Positions 1-11,138 of a stretch of 64,000 nt of DNA are shown here, piece after piece. Each line of letters starts with the position of its first letter. The first letter of the stretch is position 1. The notes under the pieces were generated by a model. The model saw only the letters and a program-made list of their open reading frames with translations, had not been told where the DNA came from and ran no database searches. The position numbers were made by a program, and so were the translations under genes. The DNA is taken from positions 82,581,717 through 82,645,716 of the forward strand of contig NC_092380.1 of assembly GCF_030028105.1 (NCBI RefSeq), given 5' to 3'. The DNA is from Mobula birostris. Its lineage: Eukaryota.

Positions 1-247
1 TGTTTCTTTTAAAAACACAGTTAATGTTATTGTCAAAGTATTGAGATAATAGTAAGCCATCCAATCATGTATGACATCCAACTAACCAATCATAAATCAC
101 GTACAGCCCTCATTCACTTCCTATCAATATAGCTAAGAGTAGGTGTGATTGAAATTATCCTGGAGTTCTTCATCCACTGTGTTAGTTCAGTCTATACCAG
201 TTGTTAAATATCTCTGCAAAGAAAGTAAATGCAGATACATACATGAG

Positions 248-380
248 AAAATCTGCAGAAGCAGGAAATCCAAGCAACACACACAAAATGCTGGAGGGGC
301 TCAGCAGGCCAGGCAGCATCTATGGAAAAGAGTAAACAGTTGACATTTCGGGCCGAGACCTTTCATCAGGATTGGAGAAA
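248..380. repeat. Short interspersed repeat (acacaaaatgctggaggaactcagcaggccaggcagcatc family); related copies near 1909-2029, 21460-21640, 36500-36560, 44140-44230, 50120-50240, 54400-54470
   Basis: The same ~130 bp motif recurs in both orientations across the window; the family cannot be named with certainty by eye. Confidence 0.8.
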
Positions 381-764
381 AGGAGGAGAAGCACAGATAT
401 ACGTCCTAAAATGATGATTAGTAGTTTGAATTGAAGGCTCAGCCGGCTGTACGTCATATCGTATGCTCATGAGCCCATCTGATGCTGACCTCGGGTGTTG
501 CCTGTCTGGGATCTGAGCTTGCTTCCTGTGACCATGTGGGTTTTCCCCAGCCACTCCAGTCTCCTCTCATATCCTAAAACTCCACTGGTTTATTAACAAT
601 TATAAATCACTCCTAGTCTGGGTGGTGGTAGGAGATTGGATGAGGGGTGGGGAGAGGTAATGGCTATGTGAGAAGAAATAAATTACAGGGAAATAAGAGG
701 GATGATTCCCAAGTGCCGACATGGCTTGATGGGGTGAATAGTCTTCTGCAGTATAAGGAAATAT

Positions 765-1265
765 GGTGTCTCTGTGTCTGACCAACATGTTATTGCATTT
801 GTTACATTGATAGCTAGGAGGGCCATTTTGTTGAAGTCGAAGGATACAACAGCTCCCACTTTGTCACAATGGTTCTCTCAAGTGATGCTATGTCTTAGTT
901 TGGAGAAAATTAGAAGTCGAACCTTTGAATCTATGTTTGATTTTGAGAAAAGATGGAGTTCATTTCGTTATTATCATTTGAGTTAATTGATGGATTCTCC
1001 ACGATCTAACTGTAAGTTTTTTTTGGTGCTTTCTTTTTTACTGGCGGTTTGATGTTTATCTTTAGAAGCTTTATGTATGACGCATGGTCCTGGGGTTGAA
1101 CACCTAATGGGATTTTTCTTTTTTCCCCCACTTTTCTTGCTTAGTAGGGTTTTTTTTTCCCATCACAAAATCTTTTCAATCTTTATATAATGTTTTTTTT
1201 TGCGACATTGTAAGTGTTGTTTACTTCGATGTACTCGTGTTTATTTTGGAAAAAAATAATAAAAA
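765..1265 (+). mobile_element. L1/Tx1-like LINE 3' fragment
   Basis: ORF 774-986 (LSQWFSQVMLCLSLEKIR...FEKRWSSF) parallels the ORF2 C-terminus of the L1 at 27300-27480; it is followed by a T-rich 3' UTR and an A-rich tail. Confidence 0.65.
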
Positions 1266-1519
1266 GATTTGAAAAGAAAGGAAATATGAGACAATATGAA
1301 TGTCTATTTGTCTTCCTCGCAATGTTTATTTCTAAGTTCTATTTCAGATCAATCTTTTCTAAAATTTATTTATGTATTGTCTTCTCAAATATCACCATTC
1401 AACCAGAAACTTCCCAGTTGAAAAGCACAATTTCTTTAATTTGCTTAATCTTTTCTCATAATTTAGACTATTAGCTGAAATAACTAACTTGTAAATGTTT
1501 TCTTTTGTTTGTTCTTTTC

Positions 1520-2070
1520 AAGGATGTTGTTGGGATTGGAGGACCTGAGTTATAAGGAAAGATTAGATAGGTTATGACTTTATTCCTTGGATCATAGAAG
1601 ATTGAGGGGAGATTTGATAGAGATATACAAAATTATGAGGGGTATAGATAGGGTAAATGCAAGCAGGCTTTTTCCACTGAGGTCATGGGTTAAGGGTGAA
1701 AGGTGAAACATTTAAGGGGAACATGAGGGGAAGCTTCTTCACTCAGAGGGTCATGAGAGTGTGGAACGAGCTGCCAGTGCAAGTGGTGCACACGAGCTTA
1801 ATTTCAACATTTAAGAGAAGTTTTGATAGGATGGCAGGGGTATGGTGGTCTATAGTCCGGGTGCAGCTTGATGGGACTGGGCAGCTTAAATGGTTTGGCA
1901 TAGACTAGCAACACACACAAAAAAATGTCGACTGTACCTCTTCCTATAGATGCTGCCTAGCCTAATGCGTTCACCAGCATTTTTTGTGTGTGTTGCTTGA
2001 ATTTCCAGCATCTGCAGATTTCCTCGTGGTGGCATAGACTAGATGGGTCAAGGGGCTGTCTTTGTGTGTT
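1520..2070 (+). mobile_element. CR1-clade LINE 3' fragment, interrupted by an insertion at 1909-2029
   Basis: RGSFFTQRVMRVWNELP is the typical CR1 ORF2 C-terminus; near-identical segments occur at 6100-6430 and 17700-17960. Confidence 0.85.
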
Positions 2071-2119
2071 ACTTTTCTAATACTGTATAATTTATTCTAG
2101 CGATATTGTACCACAGCGT

Positions 2120-2770
2120 GCAATGATGGGAGAGTGGAGAACAGAGACTGCTGGGCATAGCTGGGATCTTTTATTACACTGGCTGCTTTGCAGAGGCCAT
2201 GAGAAGAGTAGACTGAGTTGATGGAGGGGAGGCAGGTTTCTGATGTGCTGATGTCTCTGAAGTCCAGAGAGGATACTTTCTAAGGTGCATCAATAAAAAT
2301 TGGTAAGGTTCAACAGGGACATGCCTCTTGAACAAGTAGAGGTGTTGGTGAGATGCCTTGACTGTGGTGTCAATGTGGTTGGACCAGGTCAGGCGATTGG
2401 TGATGTTCACTCCTGGGATCACGAAACTCTCAGCCTTCCTGATCACAACACCAGTGATGTATACCAGAGCAGGTGCAACAATCCTTTCCTGAAGCCAATG
2501 ACCTGTTCCTTTACTTTGTGGACGTTATTATGTCACTATGTCACTGAGCTCTCTATCTTCTCCCAGTACTCTAACCCATCATTATTTGAGATTCAGCCCA
2601 TTATGCCGGTATCATCTGCAAACTCATAGACAGAGCTAGAGCAGAATCTGGCCTCGCAGTCACGACTGTACAGGAAGTAGATCAGGGGACTGAGTACTCA
2701 GCCTGTGGGGCACCAGTATTGAGAGTGATCGTGGTTAAACATGTTGCTGCCCAACCTTACTGATTGCAGT
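2120..2770 (-). mobile_element. Rex1/Babar-like LINE fragment
   Basis: Minus-strand ORF GVNITNRLTWSNHIDTTVKASHQHLYLFKR resembles the RT C-terminus of the element at 3802-4470. Confidence 0.7.
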
Positions 2771-3589
2771 CTGGTGGTCAGGATTTTGGAATTAAATTGG
2801 ATCTAGTGTCTAAGCAAGTGGAGTTGAAGAGGATGTGAGGGCAATAAAATGGGACCTGTGAAGAATTAGGGTAAATGTGTGTTTGATGATTGGTGCAGAT
2901 TTGTCAGGCTGAAGGGCCTGTTTCTGTACTGTATGTTTCTGTGTTTCCCTGCCAGCACCATCAGTATTTGTAGCATTCCATCCCTCCTGGTCTCCACTCT
3001 GTCACTGACAATCTCTCTGTTTTCTTCACTGTTCCCCTTCTTTTTAATTTAAATCATACTTGTTTTATAATCTACCCTAGATTTGATGAAAAGTATTAAA
3101 TCTGTCCCTCTATTCACTGAAGTTCCAGCATTTGCTGAGTTTTTCTGGCATTTTCTGCTTGTTTTTTTTTGATTGATGATGGGGTAATTATTACCAGATA
3201 AATGTCCTGATTCATGGGGAATGCTGGTCAGTGAGTTATGGTGACAGGCCCAGGCAGTTTGCAGAAATTATAGGTGACTTTACACAGGATTAACAAACGT
3301 CTTACACTCAAACCCTTGCAATTTGACTTGTGGTTTTAGCCTCACCCTCCTTTGAGTTGGATGAGAAGCCCTGGGCTTCCTGTGGATATAGAACACTGCT
3401 CCTATTTTCCACTTTAATGTGTAGGCCCAAAACCTTGAATCCTGCTGAATTTCTTTGTCATGTTATTCACTGTTTCCAGGTCAAGTTCATTGGTAGAACA
3501 AGGCAAACACTGAAAAATGTTCAGAATTAATTAAAGGGAACTGGATCAGCCATGGTCTCTAATGAGCGGGCAGCTGGAGCTTTTCAAGA

Positions 3590-4483
3590 TTCAAGATTCA
3601 AAAAACTTTATTGTCATTCTAACCATACATCAGCTCTGCAGGGCAGAATGAGACAGCATTTCTCAGGGGCAGTGCAATCATAACGTAACAAATGCAACAC
3701 TAAATAATAAACATAACAATAAATAGTAAAACACAACAGCCACATGTCAGTTAAAATCAGTTATAAGTGTCCAGTGCAAGTTAAAAGTGTCCAAAGCAGA
3801 GTCAGGTGGAGCAGCTATTTAGCAGTCTGACTGCCTGTGGGAGGAAGCTGTTTAGTAGCCTTGTGGTTTTAGTTTTGATGCTCCTGTAATGTTTGCCTGA
3901 TGGCAGAAGAACAAACAGTTCAAGGAGAAGGTGTGAGGGGTCTTTAATGATGTAATGTGTCTTCTGGAGGCATTGACTCTGAAAGAGGTCTTGGACAGAA
4001 GGTAGGGAGACCCCAATAACCTTCTCTGCTCTCCTAACCACCCTCTGCAAGGCTTTTTTGTCGACAGCACTGCAGCTGGAGTACCAGGTTGTGATGCAAA
4101 AGGTCAGCACACTCTCAACCACGCCTCTGTAGAATGTAGTTAAGATGTTAGTGGGGAGTGATGCTTGTTTAAGCTTCCTCAGAAAGTGCAATCTCTGCTG
4201 GGCCTGTTTCACAATCCCAGTGGTGTTCCTGGACCAGGTGAGATTGTCTGAGATATGCACCCCAAGGAACTTGATGTTTTCCACTCTCTCCACTGTGGAG
4301 CCGCTGATGCTGAGGGGTGTGTACTCAGGCTGAGACCGTCTGAAATCGACGAACATCTCCTTGGTTTTGGTGACATTAGGCATCAAGTTGTTATCCCTGC
4401 ACCAGCTCTCTAGGTGTTTGACCTCCTCCCTGTACATAGTTTCATCATTTTTGCTGATGAGCCCCACCACTGTGGTATCATCT
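3590..4483 (-). mobile_element. Rex1/Babar-like LINE, 5'-truncated
   Basis: 222-aa ORF with WCRDNNLMPNVTKTKEMFVDFRR...FLGVHISDNLTW...AQQRLHFLRKL, plus a (tcttgaa)n-type tail near 3590. Confidence 0.85.
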
Positions 4484-4899
4484 GATGATCGTTGATTTCA
4501 GACGGTCTCAGCCTGAGCACACACCCCTCAGCATCAGCGGCTCCACAGTGGAGAGAGTGGAAAACATCAAGTTCCTTGGGGTGCAGATCTCGGACAATCT
4601 CACCTGGTCCAGGAACACCACTGGATGGAAAACTTTGACTGCTGGCAAATATCACCAATTTGAGCCTGGAGGCAATTGAGGTATACAAATCCATCAAGTT
4701 GTCATGGTGACAAAACTGCTCTAGCTCTGCCTCTGGCTTGGTGCTTTGGTTGGGCTTGTGAATTAGGAGCAGGAAAAGGCCACTTGGCTCCTCCTACCTT
4801 CCTCTTCTATTCAGTGAGATCCCCGTTTTTGCATGCCCTTTCATTCTCCTTGCCTTAATTAACAAATTTTAATGAGCATATTCTTCCTAAATCACAGAC

Positions 4900-6430
4900 T
4901 CCCCTCTCAATGGACCATAGTCAGGTATATAAAATCCTAAGAGGCATAAATCAGATGAATGATTACAGTCTTTTTGTTTTTCAGGAGAGGGGAGTCTATA
5001 TGTTTAAGGGCACTTTATCTAAATGCCCATAGTATTTGAAACAAGATTAGTGAATTTGTGGCACAGATCAGTACCAAAGCATATGACTTAATGGCCATTA
5101 CAGAAACCCGGCTGTAAGGTAGAGATGACTGGGATCTAAATATCCAAGGGTATCAGGTAATACGGAAAGATAGGCGGGAAGGCAGAGGAGGTGGAGTGGC
5201 GCTCCTGATTAAGGATGAGATCAGGGTGATTGTGAGAGACGATATAAGATCTACGGAGCAGAATGTTGAGTCTATCTGAGTAGAGATTAAGAATAGTAAA
5301 GGGACAAAATCACTGGTGGGAGTTGTCTATCGGCCACCTAATAAAAATATTGCAGTGGCGGAGGAGATTAACTAAGAAATAACGGAGGCTTGTAAGAATG
5401 GAATGGCAGTTGTCATGGGGAATTTTAACTTCCACGTAGATTGGGTGAATCAGATTGGTCAAGGAAGTTGATTTGGAAGAGGGGACTGAGCGTAGCGTAA
5501 CAAAATTTGCTGATGGCACTAAACTGAGTGGAAAAGCAAATTGTACAGAGGATGTGGAGAGTCTGCAGAGGGATAGAGATAGGTTAAGTGAGTGGGCCAA
5601 GGTCTGGCAGATGGAATACACCATTGGTAAATGTGAGATCATGCACTTTGGAAGGAATAATAGAACAGCAAATTATTATTTAAATAGTGAAAGATTGCAG
5701 CATGCTGTTGTGCAGAGGGACTGGGGAGTGCTTGTGCAGGAATTGCAAAAAGTTGGCTTGCAGGTACAACAAGTTATTAAGAAGGCAAACTGAATGTTGG
5801 CCTTCATTGCTAGAGGGATTGAATTCAAAAGCAGGGAGGTCATGCTGTAACTGTACAGGGTACTGGTGAGGCCACGCCTGAAGTATTGTGTGCAGTTCTG
5901 GTCTCCATACTTGAGGACGGATATACTGGCTTTGGAGGCAGTGCAGAGGAGGTTCACCAGGTTGATTCCAGGGATGAAGGGGTTAACCTATGAGGAGAGA
6001 TTGAGTCCCTGGGACTCTCTGGAGTTCAGAAGAATGAGAGGGGATCTTATAGAAACATAGAAAATTTTGAAAGGGATAGATAAGATAGAAGTAGGAAAGT
6101 TGTTTTCATTGGTAGGTGAGACTAGAACTAGGGGACATTGCCTCAAGATTCAGGGGAGAAGATTTAGGACGGAGATGAGGAGAAACTGTTTTTCCCAGTG
6201 AGTGGTGAATCTGTGGAATTCTCTGCCCAGGGAAGCAGTTGAGGCTTCTTCACTAAATATATTTAAGAAACAATTAGATAGGTTTTTACATAGTAAGGGA
6301 ATTAAGGGTTATGGGGGAAAAGGCAGGTAGATGGAGCTGAGCTTACGGACAGATCAGCCATGATCTTATTGAATGGCAGGGCAGGCTCAATGGGCCGGAT
6401 GGCCTACTCCTGCTCCTATATCTTGTGTTC
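4900..6430 (+). mobile_element. Degenerate CR1 LINE with internal deletion
   Basis: Endonuclease remnant (VYRPP, GNFN at about 5320-5430) is joined to KFADGTKL...LQRDRDRLSEWAKVWQM and VQFWSPY...RGDLIET. Confidence 0.9.
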
Positions 6431-8445
6431 TTGTATGTTTAAGGTGGGAGGTAAAGGATTTAAAAGGGACCTGAGAGGCATATTTTTTCACACTGAAGGT
6501 AGTGAGTGTATGGAATGAGCTACCAGAGAAAACAATAGGCACGAGTACAATTACAATGCTTAGGCTATTTAGGAATTTGAGGGATACAGGGCAAATGCAG
6601 GCAAATGGGACTAACTCGGCTGACAGTTTGGTCAACATGGACGGATTGGGCCCAAAGGCCTGTTTTTGTGCTGTGTAACTCTGTGGTGCTATGAACTGAA
6701 CCTTGCTGGTGTTCGCTGATCCTGGGGTTACCTTCTGCAGTTGTCCAGCTCCTAACATCCTGCCGGTTGTGCTGCTGTGGTCTGTCTATGAGTTAGTGTG
6801 AACCACCAGACTGCATGCAGCAAAAAAGGATCTGCTCACAACCTTGATTATCCTCTGAAGGCTCATACTGTGGTGGACTTTTCCACTGTTCCCAAATGTC
6901 TCCGATGATCAGACATATTTGAAAGCAATTTGAAGCATAGTTAAACAATATAAACAAACTCACTTAATGCCAAATTTAACATGCAAATTAAATAGAAATG
7001 TTACTGATAATTAAAATAAAATTAGAAAAATGCACTTACCTGAAATGGATTTGGCTCCATCAGGCAACACTGAATGAAACATACCCGGTCTCAGTTAGGC
7101 ATTATTAAAAACCACTCCTTTACCTCATAGTTGGGCCAGAGGTGAACGTGATCTCCATTATGATCTGTACTTCCATCTGCAGCGCAACCTGATGCATTGT
7201 TCCTCATCATAATTCACGATAGTTCCATGAAAATCGCAGACCTGTTACTGAGAGTTTACCTCCCTGTCCCCCAGTAGCCTGCCCTCACCCTGCATGTTAT
7301 TGCTCAGTCCCAATCCCATGCCAGATTCCACGTGGATGTACACTAATACAGCGCACTGGTTATTGAAATCAAGATAGCACATGGGATGCCATTCCCTGCA
7401 GAAAGTGGCATACCATTGATCAATCGAAGCAACAGTCAGTAGACATCAGTGAGAAACGAGTCAGCAAGCAAATGATGAATGCTGATGGGCCTCTTCCTCC
7501 TGCCAAGCATGCATCCAGCTGAACACACTGTACTTTTAGCAGGAGATTGAACACCAGTTTGGCAGCAGTTGCATGAAAGAGATCTTACAGACTGATTGTC
7601 AACATGATAACTAATTCAATATGCATACTGATAGCAAATTAGACTCAATTTGGCACTTTCTGAGCTCACACAGCAGATGCTGCGTAGCTGGATTTTGGAC
7701 CCACTCTATTGTATATCAACAATTTAATATCTGTGACCATTTCATCTTACTTAAAATATACTTAAGCCACTACTTAAAGCAGATGGTTCATGTAATATGA
7801 TTGCTGTAAGATACCAAGATTTCAAGTTTATAACCATGGAAAGAATGTAGAGGCAGACTTAGGTTAGAAAGAACAGAGGAGAAAGCAATTATTTGTATTA
7901 AATTGCGGATGTCACAATTCAAGAGGAGGAATAGTTATTGTAATTTCTGCCAGAACAGGATAAGTCATGACTGGGAGGAGCAGTGAGCAAAGGACTACTG
8001 TTGATAATGAAATAACAATGGTACCAGAGAAATGGCTGCAAATTACAGAGGGGAAAATGCATGGAGGTACTAGTGTGGAGGTGTACCACTGGCACTTTCT
8101 TGACTGTGCAGTCCCATATTATCTTTCATGAATTTGTATCCTGCATAAGGAAATGGTTAATCCTTCATTAACTTCTGTCTACTTAAGGAGTTTATCTTCA
8201 AAGTCTGGATAAGTCAATTTTCTAATCTGGCACAATTACTTAATTGATCCTCGAACTCTCTTTAAAAGGTCTTTATTGATATCTCAGCTGTTCTTCTATG
8301 GACAATTTCTGAACAACGCATTTGCTGACAGCTGATGTTAGCAGATCAATAGAAGAGCACTGGACTTCCATAAATGTGACAATTTATTTAAAATAAAGCT
8401 TTGTTAATATGCACGAGAGGCCTTTTGTTAATACCAACGTCTAAG

Positions 8446-8508
8446 TGAATAACACAATGAGCTTTAACTTTGAACCATGTGAATCTTCAGACAATTGTGG
8501 TGAAAGAG
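8446..8508 (+). pseudogene. Candidate small upstream exon of the ELF5-like pseudogene
   Basis: AG at 8444-8445 and GT at 8509 bound a 63-nt, phase 1-1, open exon (NNTMSFNFEPCESSDNCGER). It splices in frame to the phase-1 acceptor at 10678. Sequence similarity to ELF5 is weak. Confidence 0.3.
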
Positions 8509-8904
8509 GTAAATTAAACTTCAGAAACTGAAAAGATTTCTCTAGTGATGCCCTCCAGCCAGAAGACTGCAAGATGTGAATTTTTAGCTGCTTATGTTGT
8601 TCTGAGTATAATCTTATGGGCATGTGCAATTATTATAAACAATGTTATTCTTATTTTTTCAAGGTTCAAAGGTTCATTTCATTGTCAATGTATGCATGTC
8701 CAATACCACTCCGATATTTTTGTCTTCTATGGAAAGACCATGGGAGTTGATGAAAGAAGAGACATCAAGTTCCCCCGTCATGGAAAAGAATAAGAAATAA
8801 AGTTTGCGGAACCCAAAATCATACCACCACCCCCCCCCAGGAATAAAAAGCATCAACAGACAATCCCGGACCCCCTTACTCTCAGAAAAAATATTTAATT
8901 TATA

Positions 8905-10170
8905 TGTAGGGTTCTCAGTAATATTAACTGTAATGTTAACTGTTAAGGCTAACAAAATGGCTTCTCTGTAGTGTTGCATGAAATGGTTTCTCTGTAATGT
9001 TAACTGATGAGGTAATGTTTCTCTGTAGCTGCGATGTTTGGGTTAAAGTTACAGATAACAGGGAACTAACAAATGATGACCTGTTATGCTATCTTGTATG
9101 GTGGGAACCGGGAGAAGGAGTTCGCGGGCTTTTCGATGAGGCAAGCAAAGAGAAAGGGAGAGTGCGGGAGCTGCTGGTGTTTCCTGGACAGCGGATACTG
9201 GAATTCGACGGTTCGGATGCTGTCAGAGGTTCGGAGGTCGATTGTGGACTGATCGGGAAGGCGTGAGCTCCAACGAATTATATTTTGTGCACAAGACTGA
9301 TAAACGTACTGAGTGGCGCCTTTGCGTTACTTGTTTCTACTAACCACACCACCTAAAAGAGTTATGAAGTGTAATTATTTAATTGTAAATTATGTACTGT
9401 CTGATATTTTACGTTGTGGGTTTGTACCAGGATGCATTATACAGCATCTACGCAAACGTAGACACAGTTTGGCGGGCAGACGGCAGTTTCCCCTAGATGA
9501 ATGGGAGCTGTGTGTAACATTTGTGGGTGCTCGTCCAGCGATTCAATTCTCTGGATGCTGTGTGATCACTCTGTTTAAAGTACAGTTGTGATGGCGACAG
9601 CTGCGTTTTGGTATGCGGCTGTGGGGGTGCAAGTGAGCAATGCGTGCGTGTTGAGGGGGGTGGAGACTAATATATTAGATGAAGTATTAGTTCAAGGTTT
9701 GAGTATGGTTGAGCTGTTGGCAAAGTGGAAATTGTATCGCGAAACTTTGATTTTGAGACGAGCACAGGCTTAGTGCTAGTGCAGACAAGCGAGGACATAC
9801 AAGGGGCGGGGTTGCCAGAGGTGATTGGCGTCCCAGGGGAGGCGGGACCATGGCGTCTGCAAATTGTTGGGGACGGAGGGGCCGGAGCGGCCGGAGCTCA
9901 GCGAGGAGCTCAGGATGAGGGAGATTTTGGGGTACGAGTTCTCTCGGTACTGAGGGATGAAGGGAAAGAGTGGTCAGATTTGGAAAATTTGGTTAGTTCC
10001 CGTCCCCTAGCGAAAGGCAAGGGTTCCAAGTTGGCATCTGCCATTCCCTCCCTGGCGAGAAAGGCAGAGGAGCCCCACCAGAAGATAAGAATTTTCTCTG
10101 GGATAACACCTAGCCCCGAAGGTGAGGAGGATTATGAGACATGGGTAGAGCAAACGTTGCTGCTCTTTGT
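8905..10170 (+). mobile_element. Gypsy/Ty3 LTR retrotransposon remnant (probable 5' LTR plus truncated PNMA-like gag)
   Basis: TG(8905)...CA(9464)-bounded segment, then a PBS-like tggcgggcag at 9470. Frameshifted gag follows, ending in KIRIFSGITPSPEGEEDYETWVEQ, the PNMA-domain signature (LRIFSG...EE.FE.W.EQ). Confidence 0.7.
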
Positions 10171-10677
10171 TACATATACAAAGTCTAATTAATACCTTTG
10201 GATCACATTATCTTACATAATAACTTAAAAAACCCCTTGTTAACATTGTCACTAAGTCCCAAGTAAGATATGAATCATGCATTTGTTTTAGAATTTTTTG
10301 TTTGCCATTTTGAGGAATATCAGAAATCCCTAGAGCTGATCTGAAAGGTAGGGGATAAGGCTAAGCTGGCTGTCAAGGGACACCTTGGTGAGAGGGGTTG
10401 CTTGAATGTACCACTGTAAGCTGTGCTACTGTAGACCATGCCAGTGGAGCACAGGGCACTTTGTATGTCTTGTGGCTGGATGTGGGGCTGTCATGGGTAG
10501 TGGTTGCAAGTGGTCACCTAAAGTCAGAATGATTTGGCAATTAGTCTTCAGAGCAAAGCACAAATAAACATTTAAGTGTGATCCAACATTGAATTTGTGG
10601 GAAGAATTTTATAATAACTAGAAAATAAAGTATATACTGTAGGTAAGCAAATTTCTTATTTCTGCTTTCTTCTGAAG

Positions 10678-10870
10678 GTTTGCAAAGTGAGTACCTCTAG
10701 GAAATTATTCATGATCTTCTGTCTCCCAAGGAAAGCAGCAGCATTTTGGTATGTGAAGATGGAAAAAAAGGAATATTCCAAGTTGTGAATTCTGATTCTC
10801 TGGCCAAGCCCTGGGGTCAAAGGAAAAAGAATGAGCGCCTGCCCCATGAAAAACTCAGCAGAGCATTGAG
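10678..10870 (+). pseudogene. ELF5: ELF5-like ETS-domain exon with premature stop
   Basis: Acceptor tttcttctgaag|, donor GAG|gtaaca. Translation [64 protein letters not shown] aligns to ELF5 [69 protein letters not shown] at 10698-10700 replaces the invariant Trp. Confidence 0.9.
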
Positions 10871-10885
10871 GTAACATTGTGCATC

Positions 10886-11135
10886 AGAGTACCAGCTACG
10901 TAGGTTCAATTCCTGCTGCTGTTTGTAAGGGGTTTGTACGTTCTCCCCATGACCTCGCGGGTTTTCTCCGGGTGCTCCGGTTTCCTCCCACATTCCAAAG
11001 ACGTTGGTAGGTTAACTTGTCATTATAAATTGTCCCATGATTAGGCTAGGATTAAACTGGGTGATTGCTGGGTGTCGTGGGTCAAAGGGTCTGAAGGGTC
11101 TACTCTGTGTCGTAGATCAATAAAAAAAAATTTAA
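10886..11135 (+). mobile_element. V-SINE/HE1-like SINE
   Basis: Core gggttttctccgggtgctccggtttcctcccacattccaaagac with an A-tail; related copies near 20870-21075, 50870-51070 and 52210-52380. Confidence 0.75.
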
Positions 11136-11138
11136 ATC

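Noticed and set aside
3380-3440. HFNV-like peptide resembling the ELF5 PNT domain
   Set aside because: Too short, and the flanking frames do not align to the PNT tryptophan pattern.
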